The notes under the pieces were generated by a model. That model was not told where the DNA came from, made no database searches, and saw only the letters and a program-made list of their open reading frames with translations. A program made the position numbers and the translations under genes. Shown here one piece after another: positions 26,704 through 39,180 of a stretch of DNA of 64,000 bases (the stretch's first letter is position 1; every line of letters starts with the position of its first letter). This DNA is from Mobula hypostoma (taxonomy: Eukaryota), in NCBI RefSeq assembly GCF_963921235.1, contig NC_086106.1:34162001-34226000 (forward strand), given 5' to 3'.

Positions 26704-29299
26704 GGACACCATTAGTTGGATGTCTTCATTTGACTTCGGGTCCATGCAAACAAAAGCTGAATCTGCCTCTGCGTCAGCATTCTCTACTTTACCTGTAATG
26801 AGAGAACACGAACAGAGAATCCAGTGAACATCCGAGAGAGGCAAACTGTCAAACCGACCGAATGGATCGAAAGAGTACAGTAACAAAATAAAATGTTTTA
26901 ATATTTTCCTTGCAAATTCGTGGATTTATTATCAGCTGGAGGCTGCATTTTTACAGGAAAAAAGATTGGTCGATGGGCTCGTTGCGTCTCTATGTTTGCA
27001 ATCAACATCTGATCCGTCACTTGTCAAATGTGAAGGAGTTGGTGTATTTTACCGTTTGCTACTTAATCTGACACCTAGTGCCGCGTGGTGTAATGTCTGT
27101 GACTGTTCATATTTTCTTTAACCCGCCTCAACGAACTAACACTCTAAAATGCACTGTTTACAGCTTTACATATTATTTTCGTGAACAAGAACCACTATCT
27201 GCGTTAAACACAAAGAATGAATTTTCTCTTGGCATGTTTTGAACTGTTGTGTAGTTGGTCAGCACCGCTGGACGTAAAAGGAGGAATATTGCAAAACAAG
27301 GCAGCAAGTAATCAAGGTGTGTTATGGAGCACTCGGCTTCATTACACAATAGATAGATGTCGAAAAGTATAAGGTGCGCCCGAAGGCAGTCTTTGAATAA
27401 TGCCCACATTTTTAGTCTGCACAATGAAGGACAACCTTTTTTGCACTGAAAATATGGCAAACGTTTAGTAGTTTTTTCATTGGAATGGGGAGCTTGCCTC
27501 ACGAGCAAGAATTGAATTGAAAGGATTGCAATTACACATAATGGAGTTCAGAATCATGTACGCTGATGTTTTGAAGCAAGTAAAATCGTATTGTGCATGA
27601 TAAAGATGAATATTGTCTAAGTTTCCACGAATGAGTGACCTACAACAAAGAGAAACACACACAAAATGAAGTAGGAACTCAGCAGGTTAGACAACACCTA
27701 TGGGCAGGAATAAATAACTGCCGTCCTGAACATCGACTCTACATTCCTCTCCATAAATAATGCCTGACCTGCTGAGTTTGAGCATTTACTGTGTGTTACA
27801 CTGGATACCATCATAAGCAGAATCTTGTGTTTATAATCTGCAGCTAAGAGATACATTTTCTGAATAAAGAGCTATCGTGGACTGAAAAAAAGTTTCGAGG
27901 ACTTGTTACAGAGTACAGATCATAGTGTATTTTGGAGATCCCGTATTTGCACCAAGCAGACTTGAAAGCCCAAATGAATCGATAATGAGATCACCTAAGA
28001 TCTCAATGAATGACAGTTCGGGGGTTTGATTGGTCCACTCATTTTTCTATATTGTACCTTCCTGTTTTTTATTGTCACTAACTTATCTGGTTGTATTCCG
28101 TTTCTGAGCCTTCTGGTGAATGTTTCAATATACAATTCTCACAGAGCAAGGGCGGCTGTGGCAAAACGACGCTTTACACTACCAGCGACCAGCGTTCAAT
28201 TTCTGCCGCCATCCTGTAAGAAAATTTTTCGTTCTCCACCTTGACCGCGTGGGTTTCCCTTGTGTCTCAGGCTTCCACCCACACTCTGTTTGGTCGATTT
28301 ATAGATAGATAGATAGATATACATACTTTATTGATCCCGAGGGAAATTGGGTTTCGTTACAGCTGCACCAGCCAAGAATAGAGCATAAGTATAGCAATAC
28401 AAAAACCACAAACAATCAAACAAGAATATGCAAACTATGCCAGACGGAAATAAGTCATTGTAAATTGTTCCGTGATTAGAACAGGCGGAGCAGCGCATTT
28501 AAGTTGCATGAACGATGTCCTGAGTTTTAGGCAATAACCCCCCTTCAAAAATAATAGGACTAAATACCAAACATGCCAGCATTACGGTGAACGGGAAAAC
28601 GCGTTCCCGTTCCCTTGAGTACAATTGAAAAGAATGTTGGGTCGGTGATAAGACGCACAGAAACATCATTACTGGCTGCTACGCTGAACGGAATCTGCAT
28701 TGCAATGCAGAAGTAGAGGTTTTAAATAATGACAACAATGAAGCATAATGGCACAGTATCTCACTATGGAAACGTACAAATGAAAATTATTCAGTTATAA
28801 GTCACGAAATGTTGGACGCACTGAGCAGGCTACGCACAGCGGCGCATAACGGGAAGAAGCTAACGTTTTGAGTCCAAAACCACTCGTCCGTACAGGGTGG
28901 AGACGAATCGTTAATGCGACAGCTAAAAGCCGATTATGCCACTTTCTCATAGGCGTTGCCAACAGCGGGGCCGTGGATTGTGCCCAGCAGGCTGGGCTGT
29001 ACTAATGGAGAGAGAAAATTTGAAGGAAATCACAGATGGATTACTGATAGAAATGGTCATTTCTGGTGAAAAATGAAAGTGTGAACTACACGAAGCTGGA
29101 GAACTTGACTTTTCAGGCGCGAGAGAAGATGGTGGAGTGCAACGAGTACAATAAGTGTACTTTTTCTGACGGTGTGAAATACTGTGGTCATTACGATCAG
29201 ACAATAGAACAGAAAATGAAGGAAGGAAAGGTATGAAAACAAAGATTGAGTTTAGAGCACAGAGCCGGGCCCTTCAGCCCACTACGCTCCGAGAGACCT

Positions 29300-30350
29300 A
29301 CCTGTGCTCATCCAGCATTAGTCGCATTCGTGCACAGCATTCGATACCTTTTCTAGTCAAGTAATTATCCAGATGACTCTTATATTTTGTTGTTTAATGT
29401 GCGTCCACTTTCTCAGGAAGTGTTTTCATTTCCACGTTAGCTTGCGCATCATGTTCCATTCAACGGAACATTACAAAAATTGTAACTATCCACCCTAACT
29501 ATACTCATCATAATTCATGTGATTATGCTTCTCTCAAGCCTGCCCTCGTCCTCCTTCGCTCCAGAAGAACAAACCAAGCTTGTCATTTTTTTTCTGATAG
29601 CTGAAGTTTTTCGATTCTGTCAAGCTGAATGCCGTCTACATTCTGTCCAGCACCATCACGTGGATGTTATAGAATGGCGATCAGAACTGCACAAATACTC
29701 CAATTGCGATCCAGCCACTAGTTAATAAAGTCTGAACATGAAGTTCGAGCTATTTTAATATATTATTGGTCCAGTAAAGAAAGCTTCTACATTCCTTCCA
29801 TACTGCACTATCCTCTTGTGGTGGCACCTACAGGGAACAATTGACTTATACACCAGGTTCTCTCTGCTCATCAAAATTTCGTAGTCTCCTATCACGTACA
29901 GTGTATGCTCTAATCTTAGAGTATTTCACTTTTCAAGAGACATCACTTTATTTGTGACAGGACTAACTCGCTTCTGGCAATGTTCTGATCAGCTCTCCCA
30001 CTTATCCTGCTGGATCCATTGATAAAGTTTTTCACCATTTATGACACCAGCGATTTTCGTGTCATCAGCAAACTTACTAATAAGACCTTCTACATTCAAA
30101 TTCAAGACATTAGTAAATATCACAGTCAGCAATGATCCCAGCAGCGAACATTGCGATGCACCACTGTATACACACATCTAATCGGAAAAGCATCACCCAT
30201 CACTAAGTTTTACCTACTGTGTTCAAACCAATGTTTGATCCAATTTTCCCGTTTGCTTTGGATCCTATGCGCTTTAACTGTCATGATTTACCTGTCGTTC
30301 ATGCTTAGCCTCGAGAAAGTGAGCTACTTGCTTGAACTGTTTTAATGCTT
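29300..30350 (-). mobile_element. Degenerate CR1 RT fragment
   Basis: GLISKFADDTKIAG (29989-30177). Confidence 0.75.
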
Positions 30351-31284
30351 GTGGTGAAGCAAAATGTACACTGCTGTTGAGTAGTGAGTTGAATTACAGG
30401 ATGTAACCCATCGAAACTGAAGGGAAGGGACTATAGGGCATTTCCAAGTCAGGATGTGGTGTGCATTGAAGAAGAAAAAATACCCGTGTATTTGAAGCCC
30501 CTGGCTATCGCAACATCTTGTTTTTGGGAAATACTGTCAGAGTGGCTCAGGTGAATAAAAACAGTCTATTGTGTGCATGTTAAACCGTACAGCAACCATG
30601 TACCAGAAGCGAATGAAATAAGGGTTTATGGCTGTAAAAGCAGCGACCGGTGCTGGGGCCTCAGCTGCTCTTAATCTATTTCAATGATATTACTGTTGGA
30701 AATACTGTAATATGTCTATTTTCTGGGAATGCAAGCTAGGCAGCATCATGATCTGTGAGAAGGATTCCGGGAAAATTTGGAGGGATGTGGACAAGAAAAT
30801 TAATTGCTAATACTTAGCTGATTGAAGGTAAGGTGGAAAACATGAGGATATCAACTTAGGAGAAATAAATAGAACTATAGCGTATTCTATGAATAGTCAG
30901 AGACTGAAAAGTGTTGGGGTTCATAGTGGTCTGCGTGTTCTTTTACGTAATGCGTAGAATATCAAGAGCAGGTTGTTACAGTTTCTTTTAAATATTGTCT
31001 GGAACTAGTGTCGTAGAAATTTCACTTTCACTTGCCACATAGATCTTCCCGCAATAATACGTGGACAGCTTCATTTGATGAGGAGTTGTGATTAGATTTG
31101 TGCAATATACATTCATAAACAACCATCTGTCCTTATCATGGGAAGGAGTTAAAATTCATGAAGTTGCTGAAGGGTATTTAAGAACTACCCTGAGAATCTA
31201 ATACGATGATGTTCTTGTGCCTACATAATGATTTTCATCATTTCCTTTGCTGCAATTTATGACTCCAACCATTGCCAACCGACA

Positions 31285-31582
31285 ACACAACGCCAAGGTA
31301 GCGCAGAGGTAGAGCGACGTTATTACAGGTCGGAGCGTCTGGAGTTCGGAGTTCAATGCCGGTGCCATTCTTCAAGAAGTCTGTAAGTCCTCCCGGCGGA
31401 ATGCATTGGTTTTCCCGGATGCTCCGCTTTCCTCACACAGTCAAGAGACCGACCGGGTAGGTTAATTAGTCATTGTAAATTGTCTTGTGATTAGGATAGG
31501 GTTAATTGGGGTTGTGCAGCTGCTGGGGCGGCGTGCCTCGAACAGACGGAATGGCCTACTCCGCGTTGTATCGCTAAATAAA
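31285..31582 (+). mobile_element. V-SINE-like tRNA-derived SINE; related copies at about 28145-28480 (+), 32018-32195 (-) and 39470-39670 (+)
   Basis: tRNA-like head, tgctccg.tttcctc.cacagtc body, gtcattgtaaattgtc..gtgattag segment, aaataaat tail. Confidence 0.65.
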
Positions 31583-31852
31583 TGAATCGTATTTCACTGT
31601 ACAATGGGATCTAATTGACAAATGATTGACACAACTTCCTGTAGACGACATTCAAGTTTTCCGTAAAAGCGGCTATGGTCTGAACTCCCTACAGCGTGGA
31701 ATGAACAGTCCTTGTAGATATTCGTTTATAGCATTTTGCGTTGTTGTGAGATCAGGGCCGAGCATCATCAACACCATGCGAGATAAAAATAAACTGGCCA
31801 TAAATGTGGATTCACTCTCCACACCGAGAGACATATCTATGTTCCTGTTCCA

Positions 31853-32017
31853 NNNNNNNNNNNNNNNNNNNNNNNNNNNNNNNNNNNNNNNNNNNNNNNN
31901 NNNNNNNNNNNNNNNNNNNNNNNNNNNNNNNNNNNNNNNNNNNNNNNNNNNNNNNNNNNNNNNNNNNNNNNNNNNNNNNNNNNNNNNNNNNNNNNNNNNN
32001 NNNNNNNNNNNNNNNNN
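31853..32017. other. Assembly gap (165 N)
   Basis: N run. Confidence 1.
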
Positions 32018-32718
32018 GCCCTTCCGGCCATTCGGGCCGCACCGCCAGCAACCCCCGATATAACTCTGGCCTAATCGCCGGACAATTCAGAATGACCAAC
32101 AAACCTACTACCCGGTACGTCTTTAGACTGTGGAAGGAAACCGGAGTACCAGGAGGAATCCCACGTACTCCACGGGAGAATGTACAGCTTCTTACTGAGA
32201 ACGTTTCTCACCCAGTTATTCACTTCGGTCGTGTCGGAGACTCATCACTAAATCAGCACTCTATCATTTGCGAGTTATTAGTATGCTAATTCTTATCTAT
32301 TGATCATATTGCACCTGACCTTAAATAAGTCTGTTTACAAGTGTGGTCGATTGGTGTATGATCTTAGAACGTAATTAGAAACGCCAAGAATAGCTCCGTT
32401 TATAGTGTCATTCATCAATTAATATTTATACACGTTCTTCCAGCTTTACCCTATTGAGATCCTATTGATGAGGTATTTTAACACTATAGTTCAGTTTGTC
32501 TCCGCACGTTCAACAGAAATCCGATTATATAACACTAATTTTAATTGACGCTCACATATGTTATTGTATCGGATCGTCGGAGAGGTCTGATTACTAATAC
32601 AGTATTACAGTAATGATCGTTTCAATTTGCTCATTGCCGACCTTCTGTTGTATTTTTATCTCTTGACTAGGATGTAAAGAACGGAATGGATGTGAGAATT
32701 TTGGCAAATTGTGCTTAC

Positions 32719-33040
32719 TTTTCCGGGTGCTGAAGTTTGCTTTCACAGTAGATTGTGAAGGTGGGTGCGTGACGACACAGGAGTATGTTGCGTCCTTCTT
32801 CCAATCGGCTGAAGTCAAGTAAAGGAGGCTTCTGGTGTTGAAGGTCATGTCCTGTTGAAGTGCAGTGGGGAAGCTGGTAGCGTTCGAGTAGAATGCGGCT
32901 CCGTCCTTCTGCCACAAAACGGTTATGTCATCGGGGTAGAATCCCGTTACCATGCATGTGAGCGTAGCGATGCTCGCAGTTTGAATCACCTCTGGGGGGG
33001 GGGGGGGGGAAGAGACGTACCCTTGGTTCCAGTGCTTTGG
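32719..33040 (-). pseudogene. IgNAR: IgNAR C3 exon, +1 frameshift in a C16 run
   Basis: AKALEPRVRLF-(C16)-PEVIQTASIATLTCMVTGFYPDDITVLWQKDGAAFYSNATSFPTALQQDMTFNTRSLLYLTSADWKKDATYSCVVTHPPSQSTVKANFSTRK; 322 nt; GTAAGC donor. Confidence 0.9.
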
Positions 33041-34764
33041 CTGCAAGAGAAGGTCAACCCGTGTTAATCTCCAAAAACTGTCTTTCCGAAATGTGGTTGA
33101 AACGAAACGGTGCAAATCCACAGCAAGAATTGTAGTATCTGCGATGAAGGAAACAGTGCCCCTTTTTGCATTTGATAAGTTTCTTAACTATGCGCTGGTC
33201 AAGTTGTTTAAGAATCCGTGCTGAGCGGTCTAATTGTTAGTGAGCCGCTAAGGGTAATGGTGATGATAATTTTCTGTTTGGAAGTGTATCACGAGGGGCG
33301 TACCACGGTCCCAAGAGCTTTCTTGTTTGTGATATAACGTTTTGTATGTGCATATAGAAAATATTATTTCTGAGTAATGCATAAGACTAGACTTGGTGGT
33401 GTTTTGAATCGCGATGATGGGCGTCAAAAGCTGCGGCAATACTGATCATATACAATGTTAGATTTTGCGGCAGCAAATGGACAAATGCAGTCGATGCAGT
33501 TTGGGAACTGAAGAAAGGGGTATGCCATTAATACAGAATAGATCATAGATCATTATGAAGGATCATTTATCAACAGAGAGATACTGGCGTTTAAGTCCAT
33601 AGATCCCCACAAGTGGCAGAGCCGGTAGTTGGTGTGTTGACAAACGAACACAGCATACTTGCTTTCACAGGTCAGGATTAGCAGATGAAATTTAGGACGG
33701 TCTGTTTCAACTTTATTAAACACTGGTGCCCTCGAGTTTGCACTCTAGTCGCCTCGTTGTAAGGTGAATGGCATTGTGCTGGAACGAGTGCACAAGAGAT
33801 TCAACTGTGTGTTAGCTGGATTGGAGAACGTCAGTTATGGGGAGTAATTAGAATCGCTGGGCTTGTTTTGTTCTGAAGTGAATGAGACTGAGTAGTGACC
33901 CGATAAAACCACGCAGAATTATCAGTGACACTGGTAGGCTAAGTAGACAAAAACATTCGTATGTGTAGACTATGAAATCCATAGACAGTACGTACTTAAG
34001 TTAAGTGGAAGGAGCTTTAGAGAGTACCTTAAGTCACTGCATTTGGCAAACATTTAGTCGATCACTGAAATAGGAAAGACACTGAAGTATTTTTTTTTCT
34101 GTTGCTGAAAATTGGATTGAGGTAGATGTGAAATAGCTTTGAACATTGGAGTCAGAGGGCCACCTGTATTTTTGTGCAGTATTTTATGACTACAACTTTT
34201 TGGAGCGGTAGTACAAGGATACAACTATAAGAATGCCTGCTGCAAGTCTCCACAAGCATTGATTTCGGTCTTGACCTGCTCTACTGGAGTTTATACGGTT
34301 GTCGTGTGGCTGTGCGCGTTCTGTTTAAGGTTCTCAATTTCCATATCGAACAACATGCCAGTGCTAGCCACGTCGACTACCATAATTTACTCTTAATGTA
34401 GAGTAGAATCTTCGAAGAGTTGTTGAATCTAGGAAACAATAAACTAGATCAAAGTGGAATTCGCTGAATGAGTGCTGAAGCGGGCTTAGCTTCTGTCGAC
34501 CGAAGGGTCTGCTCCAATGCTGTCGGGTCCTATGACTTCAACATTTCAGTCGACGAATTCTTGCGTGGAACGCTATCGGTGCACCACTTGTCAGAAAACC
34601 TATCTTCCCTTGAATAAGATAATGCATTATGACTCCAACAGAGGGCAACCCGTTCACCATCATGCCTGTTTTCCTCTGAATACTGTTGCCTGGCATCCAG
34701 CAGTTTCTGTTCCTCTTTCTGCATCTACACTGCTTTGCATTTCGATTGTTGTTATTGCACCCAC

Positions 34765-35067
34765 CTTTTGCGTTTCGTGTCCTTTTTGATAAGGGAGCAG
34801 CTGATTGATTGTCCTGCACCGAGCAGGAGTATTCTACCCCGCTCTCCCACTCGGCCACGCTGCTGGTCAAACGGCCGACTGTCAAGTATTGACTCCCGAT
34901 CTTCGCTGCTTATTCTGTTTGAACATCAACAGCCCTTTCCTTCCCAACCGCTGTCCAAGAGATGGAAACCTCAGCTGGAGTTGTAGCGATCACTTCACAC
35001 ACCAATGTGGCAGTTTTGTTCATCCACATTTATTGAACGGTAGGATCTCTCAGAAATAATGCGAATT
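34765..35067 (-). pseudogene. IgNAR: IgNAR C2 exon with two in-frame stops
   Basis: 303 nt: EFALFLRDPTVQ*MWMNKTATLVCEVIATTPAEVSISWTAVGKERAVDVQTE*AAKIGSQYLTVGRLTSSVAEWESGVEYSCSVQDNQSAAPLSKRTRNAK; TAA at 35030-35032 and 34910-34912. Confidence 0.92.
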
Positions 35068-36103
35068 CTAGAAGAAGTACAGTCATTGAAAGGACTCGTG
35101 ACGAATCGAAAGTTTAGCAGGGATTTCCATTTATTAATAACCTGCTACACGTTAAAAGCTCAAGGTGGAAATTGTTCATTTTAAATCATGGTTAAGTCGT
35201 CTTTTCGTGAACCGTTGAGTTAGATCATGACCACACACTACTCTTCTATACTGAAAAGAAAGGAAATGGTTGAAAATGAATAACATATCGTCATTCATAG
35301 ACAAGTGTGGCGAAGGATAGAGGGAGAGATACAGCCGGACATCCCGGGAAAGTACGACAGTGATAAAACACTGGCGTGGGGAAGGGGCAGTGGCTTGTGG
35401 CAAAACAGTGAATGGGATGCAGCAAGACAGAGAGATTGGCTGAGGGAGGACAGAACACAGGAAGCTAGAAGATGGAAGTGAATGTTAAATAGAAATAAGT
35501 GCTAAATAAATATGCAGTGTTCGATCTATTTATGCAAGAATGAAAGACCAGTTTACCACGAGGTTTAACTGTCTGATAAGTCGAGTGGTTGCCTCGACTA
35601 CTTTCTTCTTCTCATTTATTTATTTTCCAAAACTTTCATTATTGCATGCTGATACCAGCTACAGATATAACACACCAGTAAAAATTAATGAGCTGTTAAA
35701 TTTGCAAGTTAAAGATGATCACGGAAGATTTTTTTTTACCGCTGCTTTCCTGTGCTTATCTTTTAAGATGTCCGGATTCCTTAGAATCATTTCAAATATA
35801 CAAATTCTATTCGATGCGTTAACATGATCGGAAATCAATATTCACTGAAGCGCCATGACGTCTTCTGACTGCACTTCGCAATATTCCTTGTAATTCTTAC
35901 CTCTGATATTTAATGTTTGCTGCCTAAACATTCCGACTCACACTCCTATCTGTCCCTTACCCGAATTGGAACTGGCACGCATCTTAATCTTTAGTAGCAT
36001 GGTTATTTTAAAATCTTGTCTGTAGATGATTACAGCCCACCAAATGAAATACTGAGGACGAAAGTGGAAATACCGAACCTATGGACTGGGAACTGCTTCT
36101 TAC

Positions 36104-36417
36104 CTGACTCAGCTCGTATTTCTTTGCGGATGTTGCTGCTGGTTGCAGAGTGGGATACTTGGCACGAGTACACAGCACCACTGGCCCATTCGTTCACAGG
36201 CACTTTGAGCACACTTGCTGAGGTAAACGTTTCACTTGAGCTTTCAGTGGAAGAAGTGGTGGTAAAGCCGGACTGTACGGGTTTTTCTGCCAGGTCACTG
36301 CGATGCTTTCAGGTAGGTATTCGCTCATGAGACAAATCAATTCCACAAAACCCTGTGCTTTTTGTTCGGCAGTTGCAGAATAGACAAGATTGATGTTTGG
36401 CGGGGGCGGTTGTTTTG
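36104..36417 (-). pseudogene. IgNAR: IgNAR C1 exon, frameshifted
   Basis: AKQPPPPNINLVYSATAEQKAQGFVELICLMSEYLPESIAVTWQKN / QSGFTTTSSTESSSETFTSASVLKVPVNEWASGAVYSCQVSHSATSSNIRKEIRAES; 314 nt (not a multiple of 3), frame break near 36276-36286. Confidence 0.9.
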
Positions 36418-36739
36418 CTAAAATTAAGAAAAACAGAAGTCTTTGAAATGATTGGATAAATTGTACGTTGTTCTTCTGACAACCTGTAAGGCATAAGACA
36501 ACTACAATATTCCTTGCATCATAAGAATCTCTACATGTCAAGAGCTACGTTAGCGCTTCCACGACATTTCGGCTGAAGGGATGACTGAAGCTGAGATATT
36601 TCCTTCAGTATAATGGTATCACAGCTTATGGTGATTTGTTTTTATACCTTGAATGGTACTTTAAACTTCGCCTGATTAATCTTCGTCGTATCAAAGCTGT
36701 CGTTGGCCGTACGAATTTATTAGAGGAGAGAGATTGAAA

Positions 36740-37400
36740 ATCTAGCTGTCAGAATAACATCTCTCACCCAATGTCAGCAAGACCAAGGAGTTGATTATTG
36801 ACTACAGGAGGAGAAAACCGCGGGTCCTTCTTCAGGTCCTCATCTAGAGGTCAGAGGTCGGGAGAGTTAGCATCTTCAAATTCCTCTGCGTTATCATTTC
36901 AGAGGATCTATCCAGAGTCCAGCTGGTAAGTGCCCTTAGAAAGAAAGCTCTACTCTCTTAAAAGTTTGAAAAGATCCGGCATGTCATCGAAAACTTTGAC
37001 ACACTTACGCAGATGTTCGGTGGAGAGTATACTGACTGATTGCATTACGGTCTGGTATGGAAATATCAATGGCCTTCAACGGATAGCCTACAAAAAAGTG
37101 GTCGTGGATACAGCACAGTTCATGACGAATATAACCTTCCCCGCCATTAAGCGCATCTATACGCAGCGCAGTTGCTGGAATGTGCATTTATCTTCAAGGA
37201 CCCTCAAGTTCCAGGCCACGCTCTCTTCTCGCTGCCGCCATCAGGAAAGAGGTACAGAAGCCTAGGTACCCAAACTAATTGGTTCGAAAACAAATGTTAC
37301 CCCTTCAACATCAGGTTCTTTAACCAGAAGGACTACCTTCACTCAACTTCATTCCCCCTGACATTGAAATGTTCTCACAACCTGTGGGCTCAGTTTAAAA
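36740..37400 (+). mobile_element. Rex1/Babar 3' fragment in the J-C1 intron
   Basis: CSVESILTDCITVWYG motif (36930-37265). Confidence 0.8.
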
Positions 37401-38019
37401 AAAAATCATCTCATGGTGAGGATATTTATTGTTTAGTTATATTATTTGTTTTTTTTTTTCTGTTTGATTTGCACAGTTTGTCTTTTGCCCTTTCGTTGTC
37501 CGCCTTAATGTGTGCGTGTTTTCATTGATTCGATTGTGTTTCATGGTATCTTCTGTGAATGCCCGCAAGAAAATTAATTTCTGCTTTGTGTATGATGACG
37601 TATATGTACTTTGCAATTTGACGATGATGATATTTAATAGTCGCAGAAAAAACATGAGTAAGGTAGGCTTGCTAAATGGTAATCGTATCTGAAACGTCAC
37701 CAGTCTGTCCATGTTACAAAATATATTATTTTACAGACTCCACAATTTTCGACTAGGTATACCTGAACGGGACAAAAGTTATTTTTCGACTTCAGCAAGT
37801 TTCCATTTTTCTCAAACTGCAAGTTGCTGTAGATGATTGTTGAAGTGCACTGAATGTGGGAATCAACAATGGCAGGTTGACAGTGTATCTACTGAGATAG
37901 AACTGGCAATAGATAACATTGATCATAATGCCACTTTAATTCTCCGAGTCCACCCTGCCAATTAAGGATCTATTTTTACACTACGAGAGAGAATTTGCAG
38001 TGCCCGGTTCGATCGTTGA

Positions 38020-39180
38020 TTGATGTTGTGCATTTGGATTTTCACAAGGCCTTTGATGAGGCAGCTAGACATGCTACGAGCCCATGGAATTACAGGAAGA
38101 TTCTAGCATGGATAAAGCAGTGGCTGTTTGGCGGGAAATAAAGCAAGCCTTTTCTGTCTGGCTGAAGGTGACTAGTGGTGTTCCACTGGGATCTGATCGA
38201 TTCTTTTTACGTTATATGTCAATGATTTGAATGATGTAATTGATAATATTGTTGAAACGTTTGCAGATGATACGAAGATAGGTGGAGGGACAGCTAGTTT
38301 TGAGGAAATACAGGGGCCCCTAGACAGATTAGGACAATCGGCAGGCAAAGAAATGACAGTTGAAATACAGTGTCAAGAAGTGCATGGTCAAACACCTTGG
38401 TGGAAGAAATGAAAGAGTTAACTATTTTCTAAATGGGGAGGAAATGCAAAAAAAAAAACTGTGCCGCAAAGTGGCTTGGCAGTGCCTGTGCAGGATTCCC
38501 TGAAGGGTAATTTGCAGGTTGAATCTATGGTGAGGAAGGAAAATCGATGTTAGCATCCATTTCAAGATGACTAGCATATAAAAGCAAGAAGGGAATGCTG
38601 AAGCTTTATAAAACACTGGTGAGGCCTCAGATGGGGTATTGTGAGCAGTTTTTGGCCCCTTATCTTCGAAAGGAGGCGTTGAAACTGGAGAAGGTTCATA
38701 GGAGGTTCACGAAAATGATTCCAGGATTGATTGGCTTGTCATATGAGGAGTGTTTAATGGCTCTGGGCCTGTATTCGCTGGAATTCAGAAGAATGAGGCG
38801 TGACCTTATTGAAATCTATTGATAGTGTGGACCTGGGGAGCATGTTTCCTATAGTGGGAGAGTCTAAGACCAGTGGAAACAACCTCAGAATAGACAGGCG
38901 CTCTTTTAGAACGGATATCAGGAGGAATTTATTTAGCCAAAGAGTGGTGAATCTGTCGAATTCTTTGGCATGAAGTTGTGGAGACCAGGTCTTTATGTAT
39001 ATTTAAAGCTGAAGTTGATAGATTCTTGATTGGTGAGGACACAAAGAGGTACGGGGAGAAGACATGAGATTGGGTAGGAGGGGAAAATTGGATCAGTCGT
39101 GATGAAATGGAGGAGCAGACGCGATAGGTCAAATGGCCTAATTCTGTTCCTGTCTCTTATGGTCTTATGGCCTTATGAAA
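38020..39180 (+). mobile_element. CR1 3' fragment in the J-C1 intron
   Basis: FADDTKIGG and LYKTLVRPQMGYCEQF..LYSLEFRRMRRDLIE; (ttatggtc)-type tail. Confidence 0.85.

Noticed and set aside
26700-26792. Possible membrane-proximal/TM exon after ttctctcattacAG (SKVENADAEADSAFVCMDPKSNEDIQLMVSV)
   Set aside because: No hydrophobic TM or W-T-T-A-S-T-F motif; runs into a Penelope repeat; the site also reads as a donor
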